A DNA stretch of 64,000 nt from Candidatus Krumholzibacteriia bacterium (GTDB taxonomy: Bacteria > Krumholzibacteriota > Krumholzibacteriia > LZORAL124-64-63): positions 128,001-192,000 of the forward strand of contig JBFXKG010000004.1 in NCBI GenBank assembly GCA_050174015.1, in the 5' to 3' direction. Below are positions 27,744 to 37,712 of the stretch, piece after piece. The position numbers and the translations under genes were made by a program. The stretch's first letter is position 1. Each line of letters begins with the position of its first letter. A model generated the notes under the pieces. The model ran no database searches. It had not been told where the DNA came from and saw nothing but the letters and a program-made list of their open reading frames with translations.

Positions 27744-30635
27744 ATGAAACAGGCATTGATCATCCTCGCGGTCACGATCGCCGCCTTCCCCAGCTGGGCC
27801 TCGCTCGTCGACCGCGTCGACCCCTTCATCGGCACCGGCGGCCACGGCCACACCTTCCCCGGCCCCACCCTGCCGTTCGGGATGGTGCAGCTCTCCCCCG
27901 ACACCCGCCTCGAAGGCTGGGACGGCTGCTCGGGCTACCACTTCTCCGACACGGCCGTCTTCGGCTTCAGCCACACCCACCTGAGCGGCACCGGGGTCGG
28001 CGACTACGGCGACATCCTCCTGATGCCCGTGACCGGCGAACCCCGGCTGGACAACGGCTATCCCGACCGGGTGGACGAGGGCTACGGTTCGCGCTTCCTC
28101 AAGGAAACCGAGCGTGCCGAGGCCGGCTGGTACGCCGTCCATCTCGACGACTACGGCATCGACGTCGAGCTGACCGCCACCCCTCGCACCGGCCTGCACC
28201 GCTACGTGTTTCCCGCCGGCGAGCCCGCCCACGTCATCATCGACCTCACCCACCGCGACGAGCTGCTCGACGTCGATCTGACCGTCCCCGACGACAGGAC
28301 AGTCGCCGGCTTCCGCCGCTCCGCGGCCTGGGCCCGCGACCAGATGGTCCACTTCCGGGCTGCGTTCTCGCGGCCGTTCAACGCGTCGAAGATCATCACC
28401 GACGACATCGGCAGGCCGCTCAAGGCGGTGCTGTCCTTCGGCGACCAGGGCGGCGACCTGCTGGTCCAGGTCGGGATCTCGGCGGTCGACGACGCCGGCG
28501 CCCGCGGCAACCTCGAAGCCGAGTGGGCCGACTTCGACTTCGCCGCGACCCGCGCCAAGGCCCGCGCCGCCTGGTCCGCCGTCCTGGACCGCTTCGAGGT
28601 CACCGGCGCCGACGATGCCGACCTGACCGTCCTGGCCACAGCCCTCTACCACAGCTTCATCGCCCCCAACCTGTTCAGCGACGCCGACGGCCGGTACCGC
28701 GGCATGGACCTCGCCACTCACACCGCCGAGGGTCGCAACCAGTACACCGTGTTCTCCCTGTGGGACACCTACCGCGCCACCCATCCCCTGTTCACCCTGG
28801 TCGAGCGCGGCCGCACGCAGGACTTCGTCGCCACCATGATGGCCCAGTACGACCAGGGCGGCCGCCTCCCCGTGTGGGAGCTGGCCGCCAACGAGACGGA
28901 CTGCATGATCGGCTACCACAGCGTCTCGGTCATCGCCGACGCCTATCTCAAGGGCATCGTGACCGGCGGCGAGGATCACGCCCTGGACGCCATGATCGAC
29001 ATCGCGAAGCGGGATCACTTCGGCCTCGACGCCTACAAGCGCGACGGATTCATCTCCGCCGACCTCGAGTCCGAGTCGGTGAGCAAGACCCTCGAGTACG
29101 CCTACGACGATCTCTGCATCGCCCGCATGGCCGCCATGACCGGCCGGATGGATGCGTTCGACGAGTTCAGCCGGCGGTCCCTGGCCTGGCGACACCTGTA
29201 TGATCCGGCCACCGGTTGCTTCCGTCCCCGCATCAACGGCCAGTGGCTGAAACCCTACGATCCCCGCCGGGTCGACAACCACCATACCGAGGCCAACGGG
29301 TGGCAGTACCGCTTCGCCGCGCCCCACGACCTGCAGGCCCACATCCAGGTCTGCGGCGGCGACGGACCCTTCCTCGCAGCCCTCGATTCATTGTTCAGCG
29401 TCGTGAGCGCGACCACCGGCCGCGACCAGCCCGACATCACCGGCCGCATCGGCCAGTACGCCCACGGCAACGAACCCAGCCATCACGTGGGCTGGCTCTA
29501 CCACGGGGCCGGAAGGCCTCAGAAGAGCGCCGACCGCATCGCTCACATCCTCGACGAGTTCTACACCCCCCTGCCCGACGGCCTGATCGGCAACGAGGAC
29601 TGCGGGCAGATGTCCAGCTGGTACGTCCTGGCCGCCTACGGCCTGTACGACATCGCGCCCTCCTCCCGTCAATGGCTGGTCATCCCGCCCCGGCACGAGC
29701 GCATGTCCATGCGGTTCGAAAACGGCGCCGTCTTCACCACCCGGCGCGTAGGGACCGGCGCCGTCGAGAGCGTCACCTGGAACGGGAAGCCCCTTTCGCG
29801 CAGCTTCCTCTGGCACCACGAGGTGGTCGATGGGGGCGAGCTCGTCTTCCAGCTCGGCGAGGAAGGCGAGTGGGGCAAGGCCCTCGAGGACCGTCCGCCC
29901 AGCAGCGCCCGCCTGGGCGACGTCATTCCCGCCCCCTGGGCCGATGCGCCGGCCCAGCGCTTCCGGGGACGCCTGAAGATCGCCCTGGGGGTGGACGACC
30001 CCCGGGCCGAGATCCGCTGGACCGATGACCCCCAGGTCGATCCGCACCTGGGCGCGGTCTACGACAAGGCCATCACCATCGCCGCCACCACCACCCTGCG
30101 CTTCGTCGCCATGAAACATCCGCAGGAGCCCAGTCCGGTCGTCGCCGCCACCTTCACGGCCCTTCCCGAAGACTGGTCGGTGACCCTGGGCGCCGAACCC
30201 AATCCGCAGTACACCGCCGGCGGCCCGGACGCCCTGATCGACGGGGTGCGCGGACCCGAGGACTGGCGCCGCGGCGGATGGCACGGCTACGAGGGGCAGG
30301 ACTTCCTGGCCACGCTGGATCTTGGCGGGCCGACTCCCCTGCGACGGGTTGGCGCTTCCTTCCTGCAGGACGTGCGCTCGTGGATCGTGATGCCGCGGGA
30401 ATTGCTGGTCGAAACCTCCCGGGACGGGAGAACGTTCAGTCCCGCCGGCCGGGTCGCTCCCGACGTGGCGGTCGAGGACTACGGCGTCATCATGCGCGAC
30501 CTGACGGTGGAACTCGACGGCGCCCCGGTCCGGACCCTCCGTTTCACTGCGACCGGATCCGGACCCATGCCGCCGTGGCACCCCGGCGCCGGCGGCGCAT
30601 CCTTCATCTTCGTCGACGAGCTGATCGTCGAATGA
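27744..30635 (+). CDS. GH92 alpha-mannosidase with C-terminal Fn3-associated/discoidin-like domains
   Basis: VDPFIGTGGHGHTFPG, SHTHLSGTG, FSLWDTYR, TEAN, HGNEPSHH and GNEDCGQMS motifs. Confidence 0.95.
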   Translation: MKQALIILAVTIAAFPSWASLVDRVDPFIGTGGHGHTFPGPTLPFGMVQLSPDTRLEGWDGCSGYHFSDTAVFGFSHTHLSGTGVGDYGDILLMPVTGEPRLDNGYPDRVDEGYGSRFLKETERAEAGWYAVHLDDYGIDVELTATPRTGLHRYVFPAGEPAHVIIDLTHRDELLDVDLTVPDDRTVAGFRRSAAWARDQMVHFRAAFSRPFNASKIITDDIGRPLKAVLSFGDQGGDLLVQVGISAVDDAGARGNLEAEWADFDFAATRAKARAAWSAVLDRFEVTGADDADLTVLATALYHSFIAPNLFSDADGRYRGMDLATHTAEGRNQYTVFSLWDTYRATHPLFTLVERGRTQDFVATMMAQYDQGGRLPVWELAANETDCMIGYHSVSVIADAYLKGIVTGGEDHALDAMIDIAKRDHFGLDAYKRDGFISADLESESVSKTLEYAYDDLCIARMAAMTGRMDAFDEFSRRSLAWRHLYDPATGCFRPRINGQWLKPYDPRRVDNHHTEANGWQYRFAAPHDLQAHIQVCGGDGPFLAALDSLFSVVSATTGRDQPDITGRIGQYAHGNEPSHHVGWLYHGAGRPQKSADRIAHILDEFYTPLPDGLIGNEDCGQMSSWYVLAAYGLYDIAPSSRQWLVIPPRHERMSMRFENGAVFTTRRVGTGAVESVTWNGKPLSRSFLWHHEVVDGGELVFQLGEEGEWGKALEDRPPSSARLGDVIPAPWADAPAQRFRGRLKIALGVDDPRAEIRWTDDPQVDPHLGAVYDKAITIAATTTLRFVAMKHPQEPSPVVAATFTALPEDWSVTLGAEPNPQYTAGGPDALIDGVRGPEDWRRGGWHGYEGQDFLATLDLGGPTPLRRVGASFLQDVRSWIVMPRELLVETSRDGRTFSPAGRVAPDVAVEDYGVIMRDLTVELDGAPVRTLRFTATGSGPMPPWHPGAGGASFIFVDELIVE

Positions 30636-30652
30636 CCCGGGTCGAGGTGCGT

Positions 30653-32926
30653 ATGAGATCCGTCATCCTGGCACTGGCCGTCGCCCTGGCGGCCCCCGGT
30701 CCGCAGGCGTCCGCCGCCGGGGACCTCGCCCGCCACGTCGATCCCCTGGTCGGCACCCGCAACATGGGCCACACCTTTCCCGGAGCCGTCGTGCCCTTCG
30801 GTCTGGTCCAGCTCAGCCCGGACACCCGGCACCTGTCCATGTACGACGCAGAGGGCAAGTACGTCCCCGAGGTCTACCGCTACTGCGCCGGCTACCAGTA
30901 CGAGGACAGCACCATCGTCGGGTTCAGCCACACGCACTTCAGCGGCACCGGGCACTCCGACCTGGGCGACGTCTCCCTGCTGCCGGTGATGGGAGACGTG
31001 GACCTGGACGCCGGTCCCTCCGCGCGGTTCGATCACGCCACCGAGACGGCCGAACCCGGCTTCTACCTCGTCCGCCTGGAAGACCCGGGCATCACCGCCG
31101 AACTGACCGCCACCACCCGCACCGGCTGGCACCGCTACACCTTCGACCAGGCAGGCGAAGCCCACGTGGTCCTCGACCTCGTGGCCAACATCTACGACCA
31201 CGACGACAAGAACGTCTGGACCTTCGTCCGCGTGGAGAACGACACCCTGGTCACCGGCTACCGCATCACCACCGGCTGGGCCCGCACCCGTACCGTGTAC
31301 TTCGCCATCGCCTTCGACCGCCCGATCTCGAGCTATGGCCACCGGCGCCTGGACCCCACCCCCTACCGCGGGTTCTACCGGCGCTTCGACCAGGAGCACG
31401 ACTTCCCCGAGATGGCCGGCCGCGACCTGCGGGCGCAGTTCGCCTTCCCCGTCCAGGCCGGGGACCGGCTCACCGTCAAGGTCGCGCTCTCCGGGGTCAG
31501 CACTGCGGGCGCTCTTGCCAACCTCGCCGCCGAAGCCCCCGGCTGGGACTTCGACCAGGTCCGCGCGGCCGCGCGAGCGGCCTGGAACCGGGAACTGGGC
31601 CGCATCGAGGCTGTCACCACCACTTCCGACCAGGCCTCCATCTTCTACACGGCCCTGTACCACACCATGCTGGGTCCGGTGGTCTACGAGGACATCGACG
31701 GCAGTTACCGCGGCCTCGACCAGAACGTCCACGTCTCCGACGGTTTCACCAACTACACGGTCTTCTCCCTGTGGGACACCTACCGGGCCCTGCATCCTCT
31801 GTTCAACCTGCTCCAGCCGGCGCGCAACGCCGACATGATCGCTAGCATGCTCGCGCACTTCGACCAGAGCGTTCACCCCATGCTGCCGGTGTGGAGCCAT
31901 CACGCCAACGAGAACTGGTGCATGATCGGTTACCACAGCGTGTCGGTGATCGCCGATGCCGCGGTCAAGGGCGTGGGGGGATTCGACCTCGGCCGCGCGC
32001 TGAAGGCCTGCGCGACCACCGCCTCGGTGCCCTCCTTCGACGGGGTGGGCGAGATGATGGAGCTGGGTTACGTGCCCGATGAGGCGACCGGATCCTCGGT
32101 GAGCGTGACCCTGGAACTGGCCTACGACGACTGGTGCATCGCGCAGCTGGCCCGCCTGGCCGGTGACCGCGGAACGGAGCAGCGGTTCCAGGCGCGGTCC
32201 CGCAACTTCGCGAACGTCTTCGATCCGGACATCGGCTTCATGCGGCCCCGCCTGCGTGACGGTTCATGGCGCGAGGACTTCGACACCATGGCGACCCACG
32301 GCCAGGGCTTCATCGAGGGCAACGCCTGGAACTACGGGCTGTACGTCCCCCACGACGTGCCCGCCCTGGTGACCATGATGGGCGGCCCCGGACGTCTCGG
32401 CGCCCACCTCGACCGGCTGTTCACCATGGAGCTCGGCGACGAGCACATTGCCCACACCGAGGACATCACCCGCGACGGGATCATCGGGAACTACGTCCAC
32501 GGCAACGAACCGGGCCACCACATCGCCTACCTTTACAACTGGACCGACCGGCCCTGGCGGACCCAGGAGCGGGTGCGCATGATCCTGGACACCATGTACG
32601 GGACGGGTCCGTCCGGCCTGTGCGGCAACGACGACCTGGGCCAGATGTCCGCCTGGTACGTCTTCAGCGCCCTGGGATTCTACCCGGTGTGCCCCGGGTC
32701 GCCCGAGTACGCCCTGGGCAGCCCGCTGGTCGAACGCGCGGACGTGCACCTGGAGAACGGCCGCACCCTGACCGTCGTCGCGCACGATCAGGGTCCGGAA
32801 AACGTCTACGTGCAGAAGGTGGAAGTGGACGGCAAGCGGATCGAACGCCGCTACCTGACCCACGAGGAGCTGATCGCCGGGAGCCGCATCGAGTTCTTCA
32901 TGGGCCCGGAGCCCGCGGGACGTTGA
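30653..32926 (+). CDS. GH92 alpha-mannosidase
   Basis: GAGGT RBS; GHTFPGA, SHTHFSGTG, FSLWDTYR, IEGNAWNY, HGNEPGHH and GNDDLGQMSAW motifs. Confidence 0.95.
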   Translation: MRSVILALAVALAAPGPQASAAGDLARHVDPLVGTRNMGHTFPGAVVPFGLVQLSPDTRHLSMYDAEGKYVPEVYRYCAGYQYEDSTIVGFSHTHFSGTGHSDLGDVSLLPVMGDVDLDAGPSARFDHATETAEPGFYLVRLEDPGITAELTATTRTGWHRYTFDQAGEAHVVLDLVANIYDHDDKNVWTFVRVENDTLVTGYRITTGWARTRTVYFAIAFDRPISSYGHRRLDPTPYRGFYRRFDQEHDFPEMAGRDLRAQFAFPVQAGDRLTVKVALSGVSTAGALANLAAEAPGWDFDQVRAAARAAWNRELGRIEAVTTTSDQASIFYTALYHTMLGPVVYEDIDGSYRGLDQNVHVSDGFTNYTVFSLWDTYRALHPLFNLLQPARNADMIASMLAHFDQSVHPMLPVWSHHANENWCMIGYHSVSVIADAAVKGVGGFDLGRALKACATTASVPSFDGVGEMMELGYVPDEATGSSVSVTLELAYDDWCIAQLARLAGDRGTEQRFQARSRNFANVFDPDIGFMRPRLRDGSWREDFDTMATHGQGFIEGNAWNYGLYVPHDVPALVTMMGGPGRLGAHLDRLFTMELGDEHIAHTEDITRDGIIGNYVHGNEPGHHIAYLYNWTDRPWRTQERVRMILDTMYGTGPSGLCGNDDLGQMSAWYVFSALGFYPVCPGSPEYALGSPLVERADVHLENGRTLTVVAHDQGPENVYVQKVEVDGKRIERRYLTHEELIAGSRIEFFMGPEPAGR

Positions 32927-33782
32927 CGGCCACCCGGCCGAGCCCCCAGCGCTCGGCGAAGGCCTCCAGGTCACCGCCGGCCGCTCCGGTGAATTCCAGA
33001 TCGGCGGCCGACATCCCGCAGGGGGCCTCGTACTCCAGGGTCACCAGCCGGCGGCTGAGCAGCGCCTGGTCCCTGCCCTCCTCCAGCTTTCGGCGCAGTC
33101 CCCTGGCCCCGCGCACGGGCAGGGTCTCGACCCTGTCCAGGTCGGCGTAGATCGCATCCAGATCGGCGAACTCGGCCAGCAGGGCCGTCGCGGCCTTGGC
33201 CCCCACCCCCCGCACGCCGGGGATGTTGTCCACCGCATCGCCCGTCAGCGCCAGGAGGTCGCACACCTGGCACGCCCGCACGCCCAGCCTTTCGTGGATC
33301 CGGTCCTCGTGCCACCAGTCGTCCTTCGCCAGGTCGTAGATGCTCACGCCCGGGCCGACGAGCTGCGCCAGATCCTTGTCCCCCGAGACGATGACCACCT
33401 CGTGGCCCTCGCCCCGCAGCCGGAGCGTCAGGGTGGCGATGAGGTCGTCCGCCTCGTAGCCCGGCAGGATGGCGGTGGGGATGCCCATCTTCTCCACCAG
33501 TTCGCGGCAAAGGTCGAACTGGGGGATCAATTCCTCCGGCGGCGCGCCCCGGTTGGCCTTGTACGCGGGATAGATCTCGTTGCGGAAGGTCCGGGCCCCC
33601 GCGTCGAAGCAGCAGGCCAGCAGCTCGGGCCGGTGCTCCAGCAGGAAGCGCCTGAGGGTCAGACCCAGGCCGAACACCGCGTTGACGGGCGTGCCGTCGG
33701 GCGCGGCCATGGGGCGCATCCCGTAGAAGCTGCGGAACACGTAGGCCATGCCGTCGATGAGGTAGGCGGTCCGGGCGGCCAC
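32898..33782 (-). CDS. Stand-alone 5'-3' exonuclease / flap endonuclease (PolA N-terminal/Xni-like)
   Basis: LIDG, YKANR, EADD, SGDKD and GDAVDNIPGVRGVG motifs. Confidence 0.92.
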   Translation of the reverse strand: MAARTAYLIDGMAYVFRSFYGMRPMAAPDGTPVNAVFGLGLTLRRFLLEHRPELLACCFDAGARTFRNEIYPAYKANRGAPPEELIPQFDLCRELVEKMGIPTAILPGYEADDLIATLTLRLRGEGHEVVIVSGDKDLAQLVGPGVSIYDLAKDDWWHEDRIHERLGVRACQVCDLLALTGDAVDNIPGVRGVGAKAATALLAEFADLDAIYADLDRVETLPVRGARGLRRKLEEGRDQALLSRRLVTLEYEAPCGMSAADLEFTGAAGGDLEAFAERWGLGRVAVNVPRAPGP

Positions 33783-33783
33783 G

Positions 33784-34584
33784 TCAATCCCCGATCCCGG
33801 CGAGGAAGCCCAGCAACCGATCGTTGAAGAACTCCGGGCTCTCGAGGTTGCTCAGGTGCCCCGCCCCGGGAACCAGGGCCATCTGCGACCCGGGGATGCG
33901 CTCGTGCATCGCCCGGGACAGGGACGGCGGGGTGACGGCGTCGAGCTCGCCGCAGAGGATGAGCGTGGGCACGGCGATGCGCGCAAGGGAGGCGCTGGTG
34001 TCGGTTCGTCCAGCCATGGCCAGCAGCTGCCCCGCGATCGCCAGGGGAGGGGTGGTCGCGATGATGCCCCTGATGAGCGACACCGCCTCGGGCTTGGCCT
34101 TCAAGGAACCGGGCGCGAAGACGGCGGGGATGAACGCCTCGGCGAAGGCCGCCGCACCGTCGCGCTTGACCCCCGCGACCCCGGCGGCGCGCTTGAGCTT
34201 GGCGGCGTCGTCGTCGGCCTCGCTGCGGGTGTCGCACAGCACCACGGCCCTGAACCGCTCGGGGTGGCGCTCCACGGCCCTCAGGGTGACGTAACCCCCC
34301 ATGGACAGTCCGACGATGACGGGGGACGTCAACTCCAGGTGATCGAGCACCGCGATCAGGTCGTCGACGTGCCCTTCGATCGTGTACTGGCCGTCGCCGA
34401 CGGCGCTGCGCCCCATCCCCCGCAAATCATAGGTGACGGCACGGTGACGGTGGCTGACGGCCGCCACCTGGGGTTGCCACATGGCGCCGCTGAAGGGGAA
34501 GCCGTGGACGAAGACGACCGGCGACCCGCGGGGATCGCCGGCGTCCTCGACGTGAAGGGACGTGCCGTTGAGGGGGACCATCAT
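33784..34584 (-). CDS. Alpha/beta hydrolase (enol-lactonase-like)
   Basis: HGFP, DLRGMG, GLSMGG nucleophile elbow, GELD and AGHLS motifs. Confidence 0.88.
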   Translation of the reverse strand: MMVPLNGTSLHVEDAGDPRGSPVVFVHGFPFSGAMWQPQVAAVSHRHRAVTYDLRGMGRSAVGDGQYTIEGHVDDLIAVLDHLELTSPVIVGLSMGGYVTLRAVERHPERFRAVVLCDTRSEADDDAAKLKRAAGVAGVKRDGAAAFAEAFIPAVFAPGSLKAKPEAVSLIRGIIATTPPLAIAGQLLAMAGRTDTSASLARIAVPTLILCGELDAVTPPSLSRAMHERIPGSQMALVPGAGHLSNLESPEFFNDRLLGFLAGIGD

Positions 34585-34662
34585 GGCGGCCACCTGGAGT
34601 TGGGGTTGCACCTCGGAGTTCAGGCGACCCAACATAACCCGGGGCGGCCCGCCCCGCCCACC

Positions 34663-35232
34663 TCAATCGTCCAGGAACCAGCCCAGGGCCGCCAGCTCCG
34701 GGATCCGTTCGTTGAGCTCCTCCGCCAGGTCCTCCACCCTGTCGGCGCGGTCCCCGATCTCGTCGGCGACCTCCTCGATCATTTCGATGCGCTCCTCGAA
34801 GTCGGATTCCAGGTCGGCATCCACGTCCTCGCCCTCGTCCTCGTCACCGAGGGAGGCCAGGGCCGAGCGGATGGCCGCCGCGGCGTAGGCCGTGCTCGCG
34901 GCCGCGATCTCCCCGGCGTCCAGGGCGACCGCCTCGGCCATCTCGACCAGCTGCCGGGATTCGGAATGGAACTTCTGCAGGAGCTTGCGCTCCCGCTCGT
35001 CCGTGGCGACGGCGCGGCCGTTGATGACCAGGTCGCCCTTCGCCGACACCGTCACCTCGTCGTCGCTGCGGTGGTGCTTGTACCTGATGACAAGGAGGTC
35101 GTCCTCGAAATCCAGGCTGGTTTCGCCCGAGACGCGGATCGCCCGGTCATGGTCCCGGGCCAGGGCCCGGTCGGCGGCGCAGGGACAGGCCAGCAGGCCC
35201 GCGGTCAGCAGGATGGGCAGGAAGATCTTCAC
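34663..35232 (-). CDS. Exported DUF2884/YggN-like protein
   Basis: GTG after GGGAG; signal peptide; GDLVINGR and C-terminal L..RIPELA pattern. Confidence 0.55.
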   Translation of the reverse strand: MKIFLPILLTAGLLACPCAADRALARDHDRAIRVSGETSLDFEDDLLVIRYKHHRSDDEVTVSAKGDLVINGRAVATDERERKLLQKFHSESRQLVEMAEAVALDAGEIAAASTAYAAAAIRSALASLGDEDEGEDVDADLESDFEERIEMIEEVADEIGDRADRVEDLAEELNERIPELAALGWFLDD

Positions 35233-35594
35233 GGCAAAACTCCCGGTTGGGCGTACGATCGGGGGGAGGCCTGGAATACGCCGCCCATCCTTCCAGGGTT
35301 GCATCCCGGAGGGCCGGGGCCGGAGGCTGGAGACCTTGCTCGCCCTCCCAAAAGGACAGCATGGAGCGATTTTCTCACCATTTTCCGAGTCCGCATTTCG
35401 CCACCAAGAATTCAAAACATATAAATTGCTTACAAGACAACAAGTTAATGAGCCCGCCGCCGGGGGGAGCCGGATATTCCTCTCCCCCCGAAAATTGTCT
35501 GCGGATATTTCCCGCTTTTTTGATAATATGGAGCGGGATTGAGGCGGCCAATCAACCGAACCACCGACATCTCTAGACGGACCCGGAAATCATC

Positions 35595-37700
35595 ATGAGA
35601 CCCATTTCGGCCCCCCACCACCGATCTGCGGTCGCTTCCCTGTTGAGGGCTGCGCCGTTGCTGGGGGCCGTCTGCCTGGGCCTGGCGGTGACGCCCGCCC
35701 GCGGCGGCGAGGACATCCCCGAGATCTGGCCCATGGCCGCCCTCATCGAGAGCAAGGGGGGACCGGAGGACGCCACCGCCTATCCCCTGGGAGGCATGCC
35801 GGTGCCCGATCCCCGGCAGGATCTCTTCGACCTCCAGCACTACGACCTGCGCCTCGAGGTGGATCCGGTCACCGGGTTCATCGCCGGGGTGAACACCATC
35901 GCCCTCACCGCCCTCGCCCAGCCCGTCGACCAGCTGGTTCTGGACTTCCGCGGGAACATGTACACCCAGGGCTGGACCATCACCCACCCCTACCGGGAGC
36001 GCCTGTCCGTCGAACGGGAGGGCGACCTGGCCGTGGTCCACCTGCCGACCGCCCTGGAGCCCGGCCGGCTGGCCGTGGTGGAGATCCCCTTCCTCGGTTT
36101 CCCCGTACCCGAAGGGCTGTTCGGCTTCCGGACCGGTCTGACCCCTGCCGGCAACCCGGTCCTGGCCACCGTCAGCGAACCCTGGAGCGCGCGTTCGTGG
36201 TGGCCCTGCAAGGACGATCCGAGGGACAAGGCCACCTTCGCCGCCAACGTCACCGTGCCTGGCGGGATGACCGCCGTGTCCAACGGGGTGGCCGGACTGT
36301 ACGGCAACGATCCGGGCACCTGGGTCGAACCCCTGCCCATCTCGACGTACCTGTTCAGCCTCGCGGTCGCGGATTACGTGGAGATCGACGACCATTACTC
36401 GGGCAGCGCGGGCGAGATCGACCTGAAGCACTTCGTGTTCCCCGAACTCGAGGAGGAGGCCCGGGCCGACTTCGCCGTCCTGCCGGAAATGCTGGACTTC
36501 TGCGGCGAGGTCTTCGGTCCCTATCCCTTCCCCGGCCAGAAGTACGGCATGGTCACCTGCTCCTGGGACGAGGCGATGGAGCACCCCACGGCCGTGACCT
36601 GGGGGGACGTGCTGGTCACCGGGACGGGGCAGTTCGAGACCATCGTCTTCCACGAGCTGGCCCACATGTGGTTCGGCAACCTGATCACGCCCGAGGACTG
36701 GACCCACATCTGGCTCAACGAGGGCTTCGCGACCTACGCCGAAGCTCTCTGGGCCGAACACAAGTGGGGATTCGCCGGGCTCTACAACTTCATGGGCGCC
36801 CACAACTGGGGTTTCGCCTATCCCTACGACACCCTGATCCGGAACCCGGCCATCTCCGATCCCGTGTACTACTTCCACGTGGTCGCCTACCACAAGGGCG
36901 CCTGGGTGCTGCACATGCTGCGGCGATGGATCGGCGACGAGGCGTTCTTCACCGCCCTGCGCAACTACCTGAACAACCCGCTGTTGCGCTACAAGACCGC
37001 CGACAGCGACGACTTCCGCGCCGAGTGCGAGCTGACCTCGGGCGAGGATCTCGGCTGGTTCTTCGACCAGTGGCTTTACCGGAAGACCCATCCGGTCTAC
37101 CAGATCGCCTCGATCAACGACTGGGACGGCGACTTCAACGACTACCGCCTGCGCCTGCGGCAGGTGCAGGTGCCGGAATCCTTCGCCGGCAGCGATCCCT
37201 ACAAGGTCCTGGTGGACGTCCGCCTGCAGGGGGCCGGTCTCGACACCACGGTCACGTTCATCAACGACCAGCTGGACCAGGAATACCACTTCACGCTGCC
37301 TGCCGCGGTGACCACCGTCACCCTCGATCCGAACCGCTGGCTCCTGCATCGCATCGACGAGAACCCCATCGCTCCTGCGGGTGAGACCCCTCCCGCGGCC
37401 GTGCGCCTGCTTCCCGCGACGCCGAACCCGTTCAACCCGCGGACCCTGTTCCGCTGGGAGGCCGCGATCTCCACCCGCGACCGGGTCCAGGTCTATGACC
37501 TGCAGGGCCGGCTGGTGCTGGAGGAGGATCTCCCCGAGCGGGGGGCCGGCCTGCGGGAGTTCATGTGGAAGGGGACCAACGGGGCGGGCTTGCTCCAGCC
37601 CTCGGGGACCTACCTCTATCGCGTCACCTGCCGGGGCGCAGGGGAGTCCGGCGACCAGGCAAGCTGGCGGCTGCAGGGCAAGGTCACGCTGGTGCGTTGA
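35595..37700 (+). CDS. Secreted M1 family aminopeptidase with FlgD-Ig CTD
   Basis: AMEH, HELAH(x18)E (WLNEGFA) and YHKGAWVLHMLR motifs; CTD PNPFNP..YDLQGR..SGTYLY..KVTLVR. Confidence 0.92.
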   Translation: MRPISAPHHRSAVASLLRAAPLLGAVCLGLAVTPARGGEDIPEIWPMAALIESKGGPEDATAYPLGGMPVPDPRQDLFDLQHYDLRLEVDPVTGFIAGVNTIALTALAQPVDQLVLDFRGNMYTQGWTITHPYRERLSVEREGDLAVVHLPTALEPGRLAVVEIPFLGFPVPEGLFGFRTGLTPAGNPVLATVSEPWSARSWWPCKDDPRDKATFAANVTVPGGMTAVSNGVAGLYGNDPGTWVEPLPISTYLFSLAVADYVEIDDHYSGSAGEIDLKHFVFPELEEEARADFAVLPEMLDFCGEVFGPYPFPGQKYGMVTCSWDEAMEHPTAVTWGDVLVTGTGQFETIVFHELAHMWFGNLITPEDWTHIWLNEGFATYAEALWAEHKWGFAGLYNFMGAHNWGFAYPYDTLIRNPAISDPVYYFHVVAYHKGAWVLHMLRRWIGDEAFFTALRNYLNNPLLRYKTADSDDFRAECELTSGEDLGWFFDQWLYRKTHPVYQIASINDWDGDFNDYRLRLRQVQVPESFAGSDPYKVLVDVRLQGAGLDTTVTFINDQLDQEYHFTLPAAVTTVTLDPNRWLLHRIDENPIAPAGETPPAAVRLLPATPNPFNPRTLFRWEAAISTRDRVQVYDLQGRLVLEEDLPERGAGLREFMWKGTNGAGLLQPSGTYLYRVTCRGAGESGDQASWRLQGKVTLVR

Positions 37701-37712
37701 GTTTCCGCCGGA

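Noticed and set aside
35420..35450. IHF or recombination site (TAAATTGCTT..CAACAAGTTA)
   Set aside because: Only partial symmetry and consensus; more simply AT-rich divergent promoter DNA.
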